Notes: a model not told the origin generated them from the letters alone. A stretch of 64,000 nt of DNA from Candidatus Latescibacterota bacterium (GCA_965116875.1 OZ220733.1:4576001-4640000); one strand, 5' to 3'. Counted from the stretch's first letter, positions 1-8,291 are shown. Numbers and translations are program-made.

Positions 1-427
1 CTTTTTAGCAGTTCGTAATAGAGAAGGAAAAGCAGAAACCAGCGCCGAAATCTCCGTTGATGAAAAAGGGGATGCAGCAATGAAGTTCCGCAGCAAGGGG
101 CGGCTCTTTGTTGCTGCCGGATCAGATGATAATGGTAATGGAGCGTTCGGTCTCTTAAACACCACCACTAACGAACCAACTGTTCTTATGGGTGCAGACC
201 CTAACGGTAACGGCTTGATAGGAATTTCAAGAGGCAAGTTCACCGCGTTTGTAGATGAAAACGGGGATGGAGTCGCTGTGACTGCCGGGGACGACGGGAA
301 TGTCCTTTGGTCGTCCGATACGGTAGTTTCAACAAGTGGGTTATTGGGAGACCTAGACGGCGATGGTGACGTAGACTTCGCCGATTTTCTGGTCTTTGCT
401 CAAAACTTCGGTAGAACCAGCGGATAA
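1..427 (+). CDS. Partial (5'-truncated) secreted-type protein with C-terminal dockerin/EF-hand-like module
   Basis: Frame is open from position 2 to the TAA at 425-427; ends in GDLDGDGDVDFADFLVFAQNFG, a dockerin-like Ca-binding loop. Confidence 0.7.
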   Translation, partial: FLAVRNREGKAETSAEISVDEKGDAAMKFRSKGRLFVAAGSDDNGNGAFGLLNTTTNEPTVLMGADPNGNGLIGISRGKFTAFVDENGDGVAVTAGDDGNVLWSSDTVVSTSGLLGDLDGDGDVDFADFLVFAQNFGRTSG

Positions 428-502
428 CAGAACAATCGAAACCGGCTCACGGCCTCGGCCTTGAGGCTCTCCGGGAAGGCTCCCCCATCTCTGGATTTCA
501 AT

Positions 503-540
503 AAAGAACCACCGGCCTTAGTTCAAGGTCGGTGGTTTTT
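503..540. terminator. Bidirectional intrinsic terminator between convergent genes
   Basis: Stem ACCACCGGCCTT/AAGGTCGGTGGT with a T-run 3' and an A-rich run 5'. Confidence 0.75.
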
Positions 541-577
541 AATGAGCAGGATTTAAGCAACCTTCAAAATTTAGTTT

Positions 578-724
578 TCACTTCTTGGGCCGTTCACGCC
601 GAGGAGGGGGTTGTTTTGCAGGGGGAGGAAGTTCCTTTTCAGTTTGAGGTGGTGGCTTAGATGGGTTTGGATCTGGGGGACGTGGGGGATTTACAGAACG
701 TCTTTCCCTTCTTTCTTCTCCCAT
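578..724 (-). CDS. Proline-rich 48-aa microprotein (MGEERRERRSVNPPRPPDPNPSKPPPQTEKELPPPAKQPPPRRERPKK); below the ORF-track cutoff
   Basis: ATG at 724 preceded by SD-like AAAGAGG; starts 16 nt after the stop of the upstream gene; open frame to TGA at 578-580; followed by a terminator. Confidence 0.65.
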   Translation of the reverse strand: MGEERRERRSVNPPRPPDPNPSKPPPQTEKELPPPAKQPPPRRERPKK

Positions 725-740
725 ACGACAATACCTCTTT

Positions 741-1244
741 CTATGAATGTTGACTTGCTAAATTGACTTTTGCGTCATTGTATGCTATTTGATTAAGGTG
801 ATGGTCGATTCCAATATCGGCCCAGCCTGAAACAATGGTAGCTTTATTACCTCGCTCAATTAAATTTTCCAGAATATCACCTACCTCGTCGTTTTCAATT
901 TGATGACTTTCTATTTTCCTCCATAATGTTCTATGCTCTTTCAGCAAGTCAGAACATAAAGCACCTATAGCAAAAAGATTCGCAGATTTTTTTGCAAAAT
1001 TTCCACGTAAGGAAAATACACTTATGGTCAGAACAAGAATGTTCGCACCCATACTAATGTAATAACTCGATTTTTCTATAAACAAGAGATTTACAGTACT
1101 GACAATAACACAAACAGCAAGCCCAAACATTGTAACCTGATGATACTTGCGATACTTATCCGCAAGCCGCCCATAGTAACGAACTGCACGTTCTATATCC
1201 AAGTACTCATTCCACACTGAATTTCTTGTTACTTCATCAACCAT
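741..1244 (-). CDS. SLATT-like two-transmembrane effector-domain protein
   Basis: RYYGRLADKYRKYHQ followed by two hydrophobic helices and a helical tail (A..C..L..E.R.LW); AT-rich; GGAG SD upstream. Confidence 0.6.
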   Translation of the reverse strand: MVDEVTRNSVWNEYLDIERAVRYYGRLADKYRKYHQVTMFGLAVCVIVSTVNLLFIEKSSYYISMGANILVLTISVFSLRGNFAKKSANLFAIGALCSDLLKEHRTLWRKIESHQIENDEVGDILENLIERGNKATIVSGWADIGIDHHLNQIAYNDAKVNLASQHS

Positions 1245-1291
1245 GACTATACTCCATGTGTTGATTTCTTGTTATAGCAGCGACAATAGTA

Positions 1292-1320
1292 AATATGGGG
1301 ATATCTATTTCGGTTGTCAA
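1292..1320 (-). promoter_or_regulatory. Sigma70-like promoter of the SLATT/microprotein unit
   Basis: TTGACA-17 nt-CATATT on the minus strand. Confidence 0.5.
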
Positions 1321-1420
1321 GTAATAGGAGGGGATTTTCTTAAAAAGCCAAGAAAACTCTTGCATTTCTAATTTAACCCATCTTACCTTAAAACCGCTTC
1401 AGGGGTTGATTTATTCAGAA

Positions 1421-1461
1421 TTGTCCCGGTAATATCCATTACCGGGGCGATTTTTATTTTT
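1421..1461 (+). terminator. Intrinsic terminator-like hairpin
   Basis: TCCCGGTAAT-ATCC-ATTACCGGGG followed by a T-rich tail. Confidence 0.55.
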
Positions 1462-1724
1462 GTAGGGTTGTCCATTATTGTATATAGTCCCCATTGCGAT
1501 GAAGTATCCTACGGTTTCTGAGCCAGTGAATCCACGGATTGGCGATTGCATGCTGTAAATCCTTTCCAGGTCATTTATCTCAGGAAGCACCCTTATCCCA
1601 GAAGTCCCCGTTCAACCCGGGCTATACGAGCGCGTGTCTTGACGTGAGAGTGTTGTCACGGATTGCACTGATCAGGCAGCCCATAATCGGCACAATGGAG
1701 CCACTTGGGACTGGCGATTTTGGA

Positions 1725-1746
1725 GTTTCAATCCACGCCCCCGCAC
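1725..1746 (-). repeat. Solitary truncated type I-C-like CRISPR repeat (no array)
   Basis: GTTTCAATCCACGCCCCCGCAC, i.e. minus-strand GTGCGGGGGCGTGGATTGAAAC, matches the 3' part of typical I-C repeats; no second copy seen. Confidence 0.45.
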
Positions 1747-1981
1747 ATTACGGCTTATGCGATGCGGATTTTGGCGCCGTAAACGTGGCGTTAGCGCGAA
1801 AAGCGCGCCGTCGCTGCAACTCCGGAAGCCGCCGCTTAAACCACCAGGATGCGCTCTCCCCTATCCAAGACATTTGACAACAATTCCACCGTAGACAAGC
1901 AGGCTGGAACAACACTTGCCGGATAAGGCCTTCACCCGTTAATGATACTTACTATCTGCACGGAGCACTGTCCAAATTTGC

Positions 1982-2560
1982 CTACTCAAAGAAAGGACTA
2001 TCAATATCGGTCGGAACACTTCGCTCTAGCTCATTGAGGTAGTGTTTCCTGAACTCTTTCCAACTCGCAACTATCTTATGACGTGCCACCTTCGCGTTTT
2101 TCCCGGTAAATTGTGTTCCAAAGCTGAGACATGATATTTGGGCGTGGATGGTCTTGATGCTTTCGTATGGATACAATCCGATCCGTTCCCTCCCTTCGCC
2201 AATATTGATAAATATAGCTCGCAGTTCTTCCGTCGCTATACTGAGGTCCATCAACACTGTTCCATATATCGATTGTGAAGGGTTTTTGAGGTGAGTGTAT
2301 TGGATGGCTTCTTGCACTGCCACAACAATCTTTGACCACAGTTCGCGAACGTCTCTCAGATAGGCAAGTCGACAGTGGAAACAGTAGCCTAGCCAAACGA
2401 CAGGAATGGCAACTATCAGTGGCAAGAGGTCCTTGAATGTATTGTACAACGGCTCACCGTCGCCAGTATCATATTTCTTCAGCATGATTCCGATGACGAG
2501 TGCTACAAAATAGAACAGGATTACGAAAATAATCCATCGCTTGAAGATTCGCTTATTCAT
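1982..2560 (-). CDS. Hypothetical membrane protein with two N-terminal TM helices
   Basis: Strong SD GGGGAGG before ATG 2560 (MNKRIFKRW); two hydrophobic segments then a helical soluble domain. Confidence 0.7.
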   Translation of the reverse strand: MNKRIFKRWIIFVILFYFVALVIGIMLKKYDTGDGEPLYNTFKDLLPLIVAIPVVWLGYCFHCRLAYLRDVRELWSKIVVAVQEAIQYTHLKNPSQSIYGTVLMDLSIATEELRAIFINIGEGRERIGLYPYESIKTIHAQISCLSFGTQFTGKNAKVARHKIVASWKEFRKHYLNELERSVPTDIDSPFFE

Positions 2561-2764
2561 TGTAGCCTCCCCTTCGTGCCAATCATAAAGTGAGACAACC
2601 CCCCTCCGAGTTTTATGTCGTATATTTGGCGGAGAGGAGAGCATGAGATGAGGTCAAAAATAGATATTGGAGACAAAGGGAGCAAGGGGCCTTTGGTTGT
2701 GCAGGTCCCGCGATGGCAATCTCATCATTGACTTGCGTGGGTTCAGCTTGCGGGTCTAAAGGGC

Positions 2765-2802
2765 AAAAAAAAAAGCGACCGCGTTCATCGCGGAGTCATC
2801 GC
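2765..2802 (-). terminator. Intrinsic terminator for the minus-strand secreted-protein genes
   Basis: GCGA..CCGCG/CGCGG..TCGC hairpin followed by a 10-T run on the minus strand. Confidence 0.6.
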
Positions 2803-3093
2803 CCTTTCCCAAATTGGGTTCAACTTTCTGTTTCATTCCACAGACGTAGAAACCCTCTGGGCAAAAACATGGGTCACTCCAAACCTCCACTTTCCGCTGT
2901 TCGCGAACCCTACCTGTGATCCTCGACGACGACGCCGGCGACTACACCAACCGTAACCGTTTTGTGCATTGCTCTGCGCTCCTTTGGACCATTCAGCGTG
3001 AGTTATGAATTACTTCAGCTCGAACCGTCGCTCAATAGCAATTGCTCGCGGTTTGAGATGAAGCCGCAGGTTGCCCAAGATTAAAGGCGAGCG

Positions 3094-4269
3094 TTATCTC
3101 GCCCGCTCGACGATGATCCTCGCCTTTGACCCTGCGCCAGCCCGATGACGCCATACCTGCGTTTCTGTATTCTCACCGGTGACGCGGATCTTACCGGTGT
3201 TGCCATCCGCATAGCTACAGTCGCCCTTATACCTTGTACCGTTCAGGGCGGTCAGTTCTACTGTATAGCTCTCTCGGTCCCGGACCCTCAGCCGGTAACA
3301 ATCCCAATCGTTGTCGATTTCCCCGGAGAATATGGTATCGCCGTCCACGTCGACCCTGATACGATCGCCATCTTCGCACTCGTGGTCGCGGACGCAAATT
3401 CGAAGGGTTCCACGTGTGCCACTAATTCTCATTGGGAAGTCCTGTATGCCCCTTTCAACCACGATGCCCTGTGCATAAATTATCGTCCTGGCGTTGTAGG
3501 CATAAATCCCAGCATATCCGAAACTGGTACCTGCTACCCACATGGTCATACCGTCCGACCAGATCCCACCAGTGACAGTGATGTAGTCTGCTCTGGTGAA
3601 TTCCTTGGCTCGGTCGCGCGCTTTGGACCTCAGATTGTAAGCATAGATTTTCTTGTCATTCAAGTCTGCGGCCCACATGGTCGTTCCATCCGACCAGATT
3701 CCATGGGGGTAGGCGTTTCCAGCGTCGCGAAGGGTATTGAAGTCCTTGTTGGGGTCGCGTGCTTTTGTCCGCAGGTTGTAAGCATAGATTTTCCCGTCAT
3801 AGTAGTCTGCGACCCACATGGTCGTACCGTTCGACCAGATTCCTTGAGGGCGGCGATTTCCAGCGTCGCGAAGGGTGTTGAAGTCCTTGTTGGGGTCGCG
3901 TGCGTTTGTCCGCAGGTTGTAAGCATAGATTTTTCTGTCACTGTAGTTTGCGACCCACCCATCCGAGTCCGCGACCCACATGGTCGTTCCGTCCGACCAG
4001 ATTCCTTGAGGGAAGCGGTTCCCAGCGCCGCGAAGGGTATCAAAGTCCTTGTTCAGGTCGGGTTTTTTGGTCCGCAGGTTGTAAGCATAGATCTTCTCGT
4101 GAGCGTAGTCTGCGACCCACATGGTCGTACCGTCCGACCAGATCCCTTCAGAGCGGCTGTTTCCAGCGGCCCGGGTATCGAAGTCCAAGTCCGGTACGCG
4201 GTTTAACTCACCAGCGGATGCTGGATCTGTAAACAACAACATCCAACCAATAAAAACACGGCTCCACAT
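3094..4269 (-). CDS. Secreted beta-propeller repeat protein (GIWSDGTTMWVAD...KIYAYN repeats) with C-terminal Cys-containing domain
   Basis: Signal-peptide-like MWSRVFIGWMLLFTDPASA from ATG 4269; five ~47-aa repeats; C-terminal ICVRDHECEDGD domain. Confidence 0.8.
   Translation of the reverse strand: MWSRVFIGWMLLFTDPASAGELNRVPDLDFDTRAAGNSRSEGIWSDGTTMWVADYAHEKIYAYNLRTKKPDLNKDFDTLRGAGNRFPQGIWSDGTTMWVADSDGWVANYSDRKIYAYNLRTNARDPNKDFNTLRDAGNRRPQGIWSNGTTMWVADYYDGKIYAYNLRTKARDPNKDFNTLRDAGNAYPHGIWSDGTTMWAADLNDKKIYAYNLRSKARDRAKEFTRADYITVTGGIWSDGMTMWVAGTSFGYAGIYAYNARTIIYAQGIVVERGIQDFPMRISGTRGTLRICVRDHECEDGDRIRVDVDGDTIFSGEIDNDWDCYRLRVRDRESYTVELTALNGTRYKGDCSYADGNTGKIRVTGENTETQVWRHRAGAGSKARIIVERAR
3530..4195. 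repeat. Intragenic tandem repeats (~140-160 bp units) encoding the propeller blades
   Basis: Near-identical units such as GTCCGCAGGTTGTAAGCATAGAT...GCGACCCACATGGTCGTxCCGTxCGACCAGAT recur. Confidence 0.85.
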
Positions 4270-4494
4270 ATATGCCGCCTTCAGAAGCTGTCTGAACACA
4301 AGGGGACAAAAACACTCGGCGCAAACGGTATGCATGCCAGATTGCACATCGCGTCGGTGAATACATGGGTTGTGAACCTTTTTTGGGACCGCCGGTTTTC
4401 GACTTTGCGGGTCATGGACCGGCGGAAAACCCAATCAATCACGTACCTATCGTAGTGTTGATTCTCCACCCATTTCCCAACGTGTGGTCCTATT

Positions 4495-4690
4495 GGAAGT
4501 GCGAACACGCAACTTTCCGTGGGCGACCCCATGAATGCTTGTCCGAGGGCCAAATGCGGGAAATCCGCAAGACCGGATCGATGAGCGGGATGTGGAAACG
4601 GGCACGGAGCGGCTATTGAGGAACCGCCAGACGAATCGTGCCGAAACAGATATGCCCCTCCTAACCCACCGCGCCACATTTCGAATCTAC
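4495..4690 (+). mobile_element. Degenerate group II intron 3' fragment (IEP C-terminal codons, domain V, domain VI)
   Basis: VRTRNFPWATP* then DV-like GAGGGCCAAATGCGGGAAATCCGCAAGACCGGATC, then GAGCGGGATGTGGAAACGG...CCACCGCGCCACATTTCGAATCTAC, a typical DVI with AY terminus. Confidence 0.8.
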
Positions 4691-4705
4691 GCCTATTCTT
4701 CAGAT

Positions 4706-5887
4706 TCAAGGAGTAACGGTCCGGGCAACACGAAAACCGACGAATCGTACCTGGGCGAAATTGTCTCCCCCGACGGTCTTGAGCCATTGATTATCGCGGT
4801 CGGCTGAGCGTAACCATTTCCAACCGTATTTCCAGGAACCACCGCGTGTGACGCGATGATCACACCTCCCAGACTCCCAAGCCGACCCGTCCGCAGGGGC
4901 ACGTAAATAATGATCGTTCCAGCAATCCTGCACGTATTCCGATACGTTGCCGTGCATATCGTGGAGACCCCATGCATTTGCGGGGTACCAACCGACCGGT
5001 GCCGTTATGCCCCTGTCCCACCGACCGCCGCAACCGCGGCAATTCGCACGGTTGCTGCCAATCTCGTCCCCCCAGCTGAACCTGCTCGTTGTTCCCGCCC
5101 GCGCTGCATACTCCCATTCCGACTCACTCAATAGACGATACTTTTCCCCCGTTCGTTTCGATAGCCATGAAACGTATGACTGCGCGTCGTTCCAATCGAC
5201 ATTGATCACCGGCCGTTCCCCTCGGCCAAAGCCACTGACGGGAACGTACCCGCCGCACCCCCCCGCAGACACACACGCTTCCCACTCGTCGAACGTAACT
5301 TCGTACACACCCACGGCGAGCCGGTAACCTATCGTGACGATGTGCTGAGGACTCTCATCTATATCGCGGCCCTCCTCGTCGTCGGGCGACCCCATTATAA
5401 ACGAACCCGACGGCAGAACCACCATTTGTGGGCATTCATCGCAGTCCCTGAAAACCGTTCCTGCGGAGTCTAGACCCTTCGCTTCAGCAGCCTCTACAGT
5501 TGATCGCGCCACGGACAATTCGCCTAACCAACGGGACCAAAGCGGCGTATCCGCAGCCTGAGGTGCACTTGCCGCATACTGCTGCTGACGCAAGTACCCT
5601 ACAAGCTCCTCCTGGATGAAATCGCCTCCAAACAACATGGCACACATGCACACCGCGCCAACAATCCATCGCCACCTGCTCTTCGCAGATACGTGCCTTC
5701 CGACGACGTCCCGTCGATGCATGGGCCGATCGTCTGTGAAAGTCCCTTTCCGCGCAAATGTTCCGACCGGATTGTGTTTTTGATGCAGGTCTTCACCCTG
5801 ATGTGAAACCCCGAGCCCATTCTGAATCAGATAACGTCTTGCCTTTGGATCGGCCTGTTCCAGCCTCCTTTTCTTTTCGATTTCCAC
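4706..5887 (-). CDS. Formylglycine-generating enzyme (FGE-sulfatase/SUMF1) family protein with N-terminal membrane anchor
   Basis: FRDCDECPQMVVLPSGSFIMGS, RLLSESEWEYAARAG, NAWGLHDMHGNVSE, RGGSW, GFRVAR motifs; GTG 5887 has an SD (ORF track extends to 6019). Confidence 0.85.
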   Translation of the reverse strand: MEIEKKRRLEQADPKARRYLIQNGLGVSHQGEDLHQKHNPVGTFARKGTFTDDRPMHRRDVVGRHVSAKSRWRWIVGAVCMCAMLFGGDFIQEELVGYLRQQQYAASAPQAADTPLWSRWLGELSVARSTVEAAEAKGLDSAGTVFRDCDECPQMVVLPSGSFIMGSPDDEEGRDIDESPQHIVTIGYRLAVGVYEVTFDEWEACVSAGGCGGYVPVSGFGRGERPVINVDWNDAQSYVSWLSKRTGEKYRLLSESEWEYAARAGTTSRFSWGDEIGSNRANCRGCGGRWDRGITAPVGWYPANAWGLHDMHGNVSEYVQDCWNDHYLRAPADGSAWESGRCDHRVTRGGSWKYGWKWLRSADRDNQWLKTVGGDNFAQVRFVGFRVARTVTP

Positions 5888-6305
5888 GACAAAGTCTCCC
5901 CTCTGCATAAACATGGTAATAAGGACCGTACGCCGCGCCTTGAAGGAGCGATACACTTTGATGACATTGCACCGTTCGAGACGCGCCAACCTGCACGCCT
6001 CATTTCGGATCTGTTCCATCCCCCAGTCGAAATCATCCCGCTACAGTGTCGCCTTCAGGGCGATGTTGCAAACCTCCGAACGCACGACGATACCTCACGA
6101 AACGGAATCCCAGATTGTCACAGGTCCATTTAGGCTGTGGTCAAAACCCGCTTGGGTCGAACAGTAACACGCTGATCATCCTTATGTGTTGCGTTCTCTT
6201 GATACCGGCAGTTAAACCAGCCGACCAAGACGGACACGAACTGGAGCAACAGTTGTTGGATGGGACGCCCACTGACTTAAGTTCCGTTCCAGCCGCGGCT
6301 CACTG

Positions 6306-7235
6306 TCAGTCTCTCTCTATGATCATTGCGTAGCCTTCAGGCGCGTGTTTGTGAATCTGATCTAGTATTAGGCGCGGATTCACACGCAAATGATAAATCT
6401 CAAACCAATTGTTAACGAATACGTCATCTTTGTTGTTGTGGTATCGCCACCGCATTCGCCGAAGTGCTTCCCTGGCCTTCTGTTCCTCCATGTAACTTCC
6501 TTTCTCCAACCTGGTCTCTCCTTCTTCGAGAGGGTATTTGTACTTTGACAGAAATTCACTCCAATCGGGACTTCCTGGAGTGTCCCACCCCCATTCGCCT
6601 GGCGCCTCTAATACACCGGGGTTATTCAGATGGATATATGCCTTAAAGTGACTTGCGAACGACCAAGGGTTGCCTTCGGAACGGTGCTTCTCGGGAAGCG
6701 GAAAAAGGCCGTAGGTCTCGATTGAAAAACTGAAATTCACGTACTGGATTTTATCCAACACATCCTGGCTGACGTAGACTGTCGATCCTCCGTGGAAGGA
6801 GATATCGTTTTCCTTTGAGTCACCGACGCTACTGATTGTGATGCGATTTGCAAATCCATCGTCGGCCTCGAAGATCAACTCACTCAAGCGTGGCATGCGG
6901 AATTCGTAAGTCTGAACCGGTTCGCCCATGAGTGTCCAGAGAGCCAGACGCATTTCACAGTCGCTGGTTGCGAGTCGCTTCAACGTAACACTACGGCGCC
7001 CGTATTTGCCTTCCAAAATGTCCGATGGTTCCGTCAGTTTCGCCCTGACAGTCTTGCTCAGAAAATCCCTGTCCGATTCGCCACGCGCCGTAGAATGTAA
7101 CAACAGCAAGCAGCTGAGGATGGCCGTCAGCAGGCCAGCTAAACACTTCATGTTCATTCTTCCACCCGTATTGGCCTGAGAATGACTGAACAAGGCAAGA
7201 AGAAGAATCGGAATTCGAGAGTACTTTACGCCCAT
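6306..7235 (-). CDS. Hypothetical secreted protein
   Basis: 309-aa ORF with signal-peptide-like N-terminus; no recognised family; start may be the internal MNMKCLAG. Confidence 0.65.
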   Translation of the reverse strand: MGVKYSRIPILLLALFSHSQANTGGRMNMKCLAGLLTAILSCLLLLHSTARGESDRDFLSKTVRAKLTEPSDILEGKYGRRSVTLKRLATSDCEMRLALWTLMGEPVQTYEFRMPRLSELIFEADDGFANRITISSVGDSKENDISFHGGSTVYVSQDVLDKIQYVNFSFSIETYGLFPLPEKHRSEGNPWSFASHFKAYIHLNNPGVLEAPGEWGWDTPGSPDWSEFLSKYKYPLEEGETRLEKGSYMEEQKAREALRRMRWRYHNNKDDVFVNNWFEIYHLRVNPRLILDQIHKHAPEGYAMIIERD

Positions 7236-7562
7236 CTGGTTACCTCACTGGCTTGATTATACGGACGGATTAATAGCCATATGGCGCGCATTTACCATCT
7301 AAGATAGTCGACACCACCACGCACGGTACATGCGGCAAGGACGGAAACGTCTATATGAAAGTGCATTCTGTACATGGCAAGGTGTACGGTAAGGTCCGCC
7401 GGTTTTGGACTTTGGAAGGTCAGGGAATCGGCGGTTTCCTGTATCGGTCGCAAACGTATTGCAGTGTTGCAAAATGCGCCTGAATTGCCACCAATAATGT
7501 ACGGACCGCTACGTCTGTCAAGTGTTAGTTTGACGATATTTCCAATATTTTCAATTACTTAA

Positions 7563-7599
7563 TTCCGTATTTGTATACAACTTCCGATTATGTATACAA
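7563..7599. promoter_or_regulatory. Tandem palindromic operator-like sites (TTGTATACAA / ATGTATACAA)
   Basis: Two TGTATACA palindromes 19 bp apart in AT-rich DNA; resemble GntR/FadR-subfamily boxes. Confidence 0.4.
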
Positions 7600-7927
7600 A
7601 AACTGAACGGTTCCGTCGGGAGGCGTTGCTTTGACTGGGAAGTGCCGGATGATTGATCTGCAGAGTCAGATCTTGAATTACGTGTTGTTTCTGTAGGAGG
7701 TTGACTGCTGGCGGGTACAGGTGGATCCGATTTCGATCGGGGAGGGGAGAGACGCAGAATCGAAGGGCAGGATCATTTTTGTCGTGGCGGGAATTTCTGT
7801 ACGGTGAAATCGGCTCGGTCAGAGTGATGTCGGGTGGTTGATGGTGGACGGATTCATTGGGACAATCCATCCTGAAACTCAAACTTGCGGTATCTATCCT
7901 GTTACCGTTTGCCAGAGGTACATTGTT

Positions 7928-7954
7928 GTGGGCAGACAGGAATGTCCGCCCCAC
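7928..7954. repeat. REP-like palindrome (GGCAGACAGGAATGTCYGCCCCAC type)
   Basis: Imperfect hairpin GTGGGCAGACA-GGAA-TGTCCGCCCCAC. Confidence 0.55.
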
Positions 7955-8153
7955 CTTCAAGACAGGCTGACCCGGAAACGCGCCGCGACGCTACGGGAGA
8001 GGGGCGGACGTGCTGCCTCTCAGGTGTCGTCACGTGCGGGTCGCGCGGGGTTGATTCCATGCTGCAGTAGATCCTTCGTCGGCCTGGCGTGCTCCGTTAC
8101 AAGACAGTCGGGTGTACGCGTTGCGAAGGGCGTTGCGGACGTGGCACGCAGGC

Positions 8154-8291
8154 CACTTCGACCCTTCGACAATCCTTCGGCAGGCTTGCTTCGACAGGCT
8201 CAGTACAAGCAGGACGACGGCTCAGGGACCACAGGCTTGCTTCGACAAGCCACTTCGACAAGTTCAGTGCAAGCAGCACAAGCAGTGCAAG
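8154..8291. repeat. Nested cluster of six CTTCGACAGGCTCAG-type REP units
   Basis: Six xxCTTCG(A/G)C openers with complementary AGxx closers in strictly nested order. Confidence 0.75.

Noticed and set aside
1725-1746. Calling a CRISPR array
   Set aside because: Only one partial repeat; no regularly spaced copies or cas genes.
1539-1877. 112-aa plus-strand ORF
   Set aside because: TTG start without a clear SD, no motifs, and it spans the CRISPR-like fragment; probably spurious.
4690-4900. FGE/C-type-lectin C-terminus as a diversity-generating retroelement variable region
   Set aside because: No template repeat differing at adenines, no reverse transcriptase/Avd gene and no clear downstream hairpin seen in the window; the nearby retroelement trace is a group II intron end. 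A remote template cannot be excluded.
427-7300. Integron cassette array explanation for the orphan genes
   Set aside because: No recurring RYYYAAC...GTTRRRY attC structures or integrase seen; genes have their own promoters/terminators.
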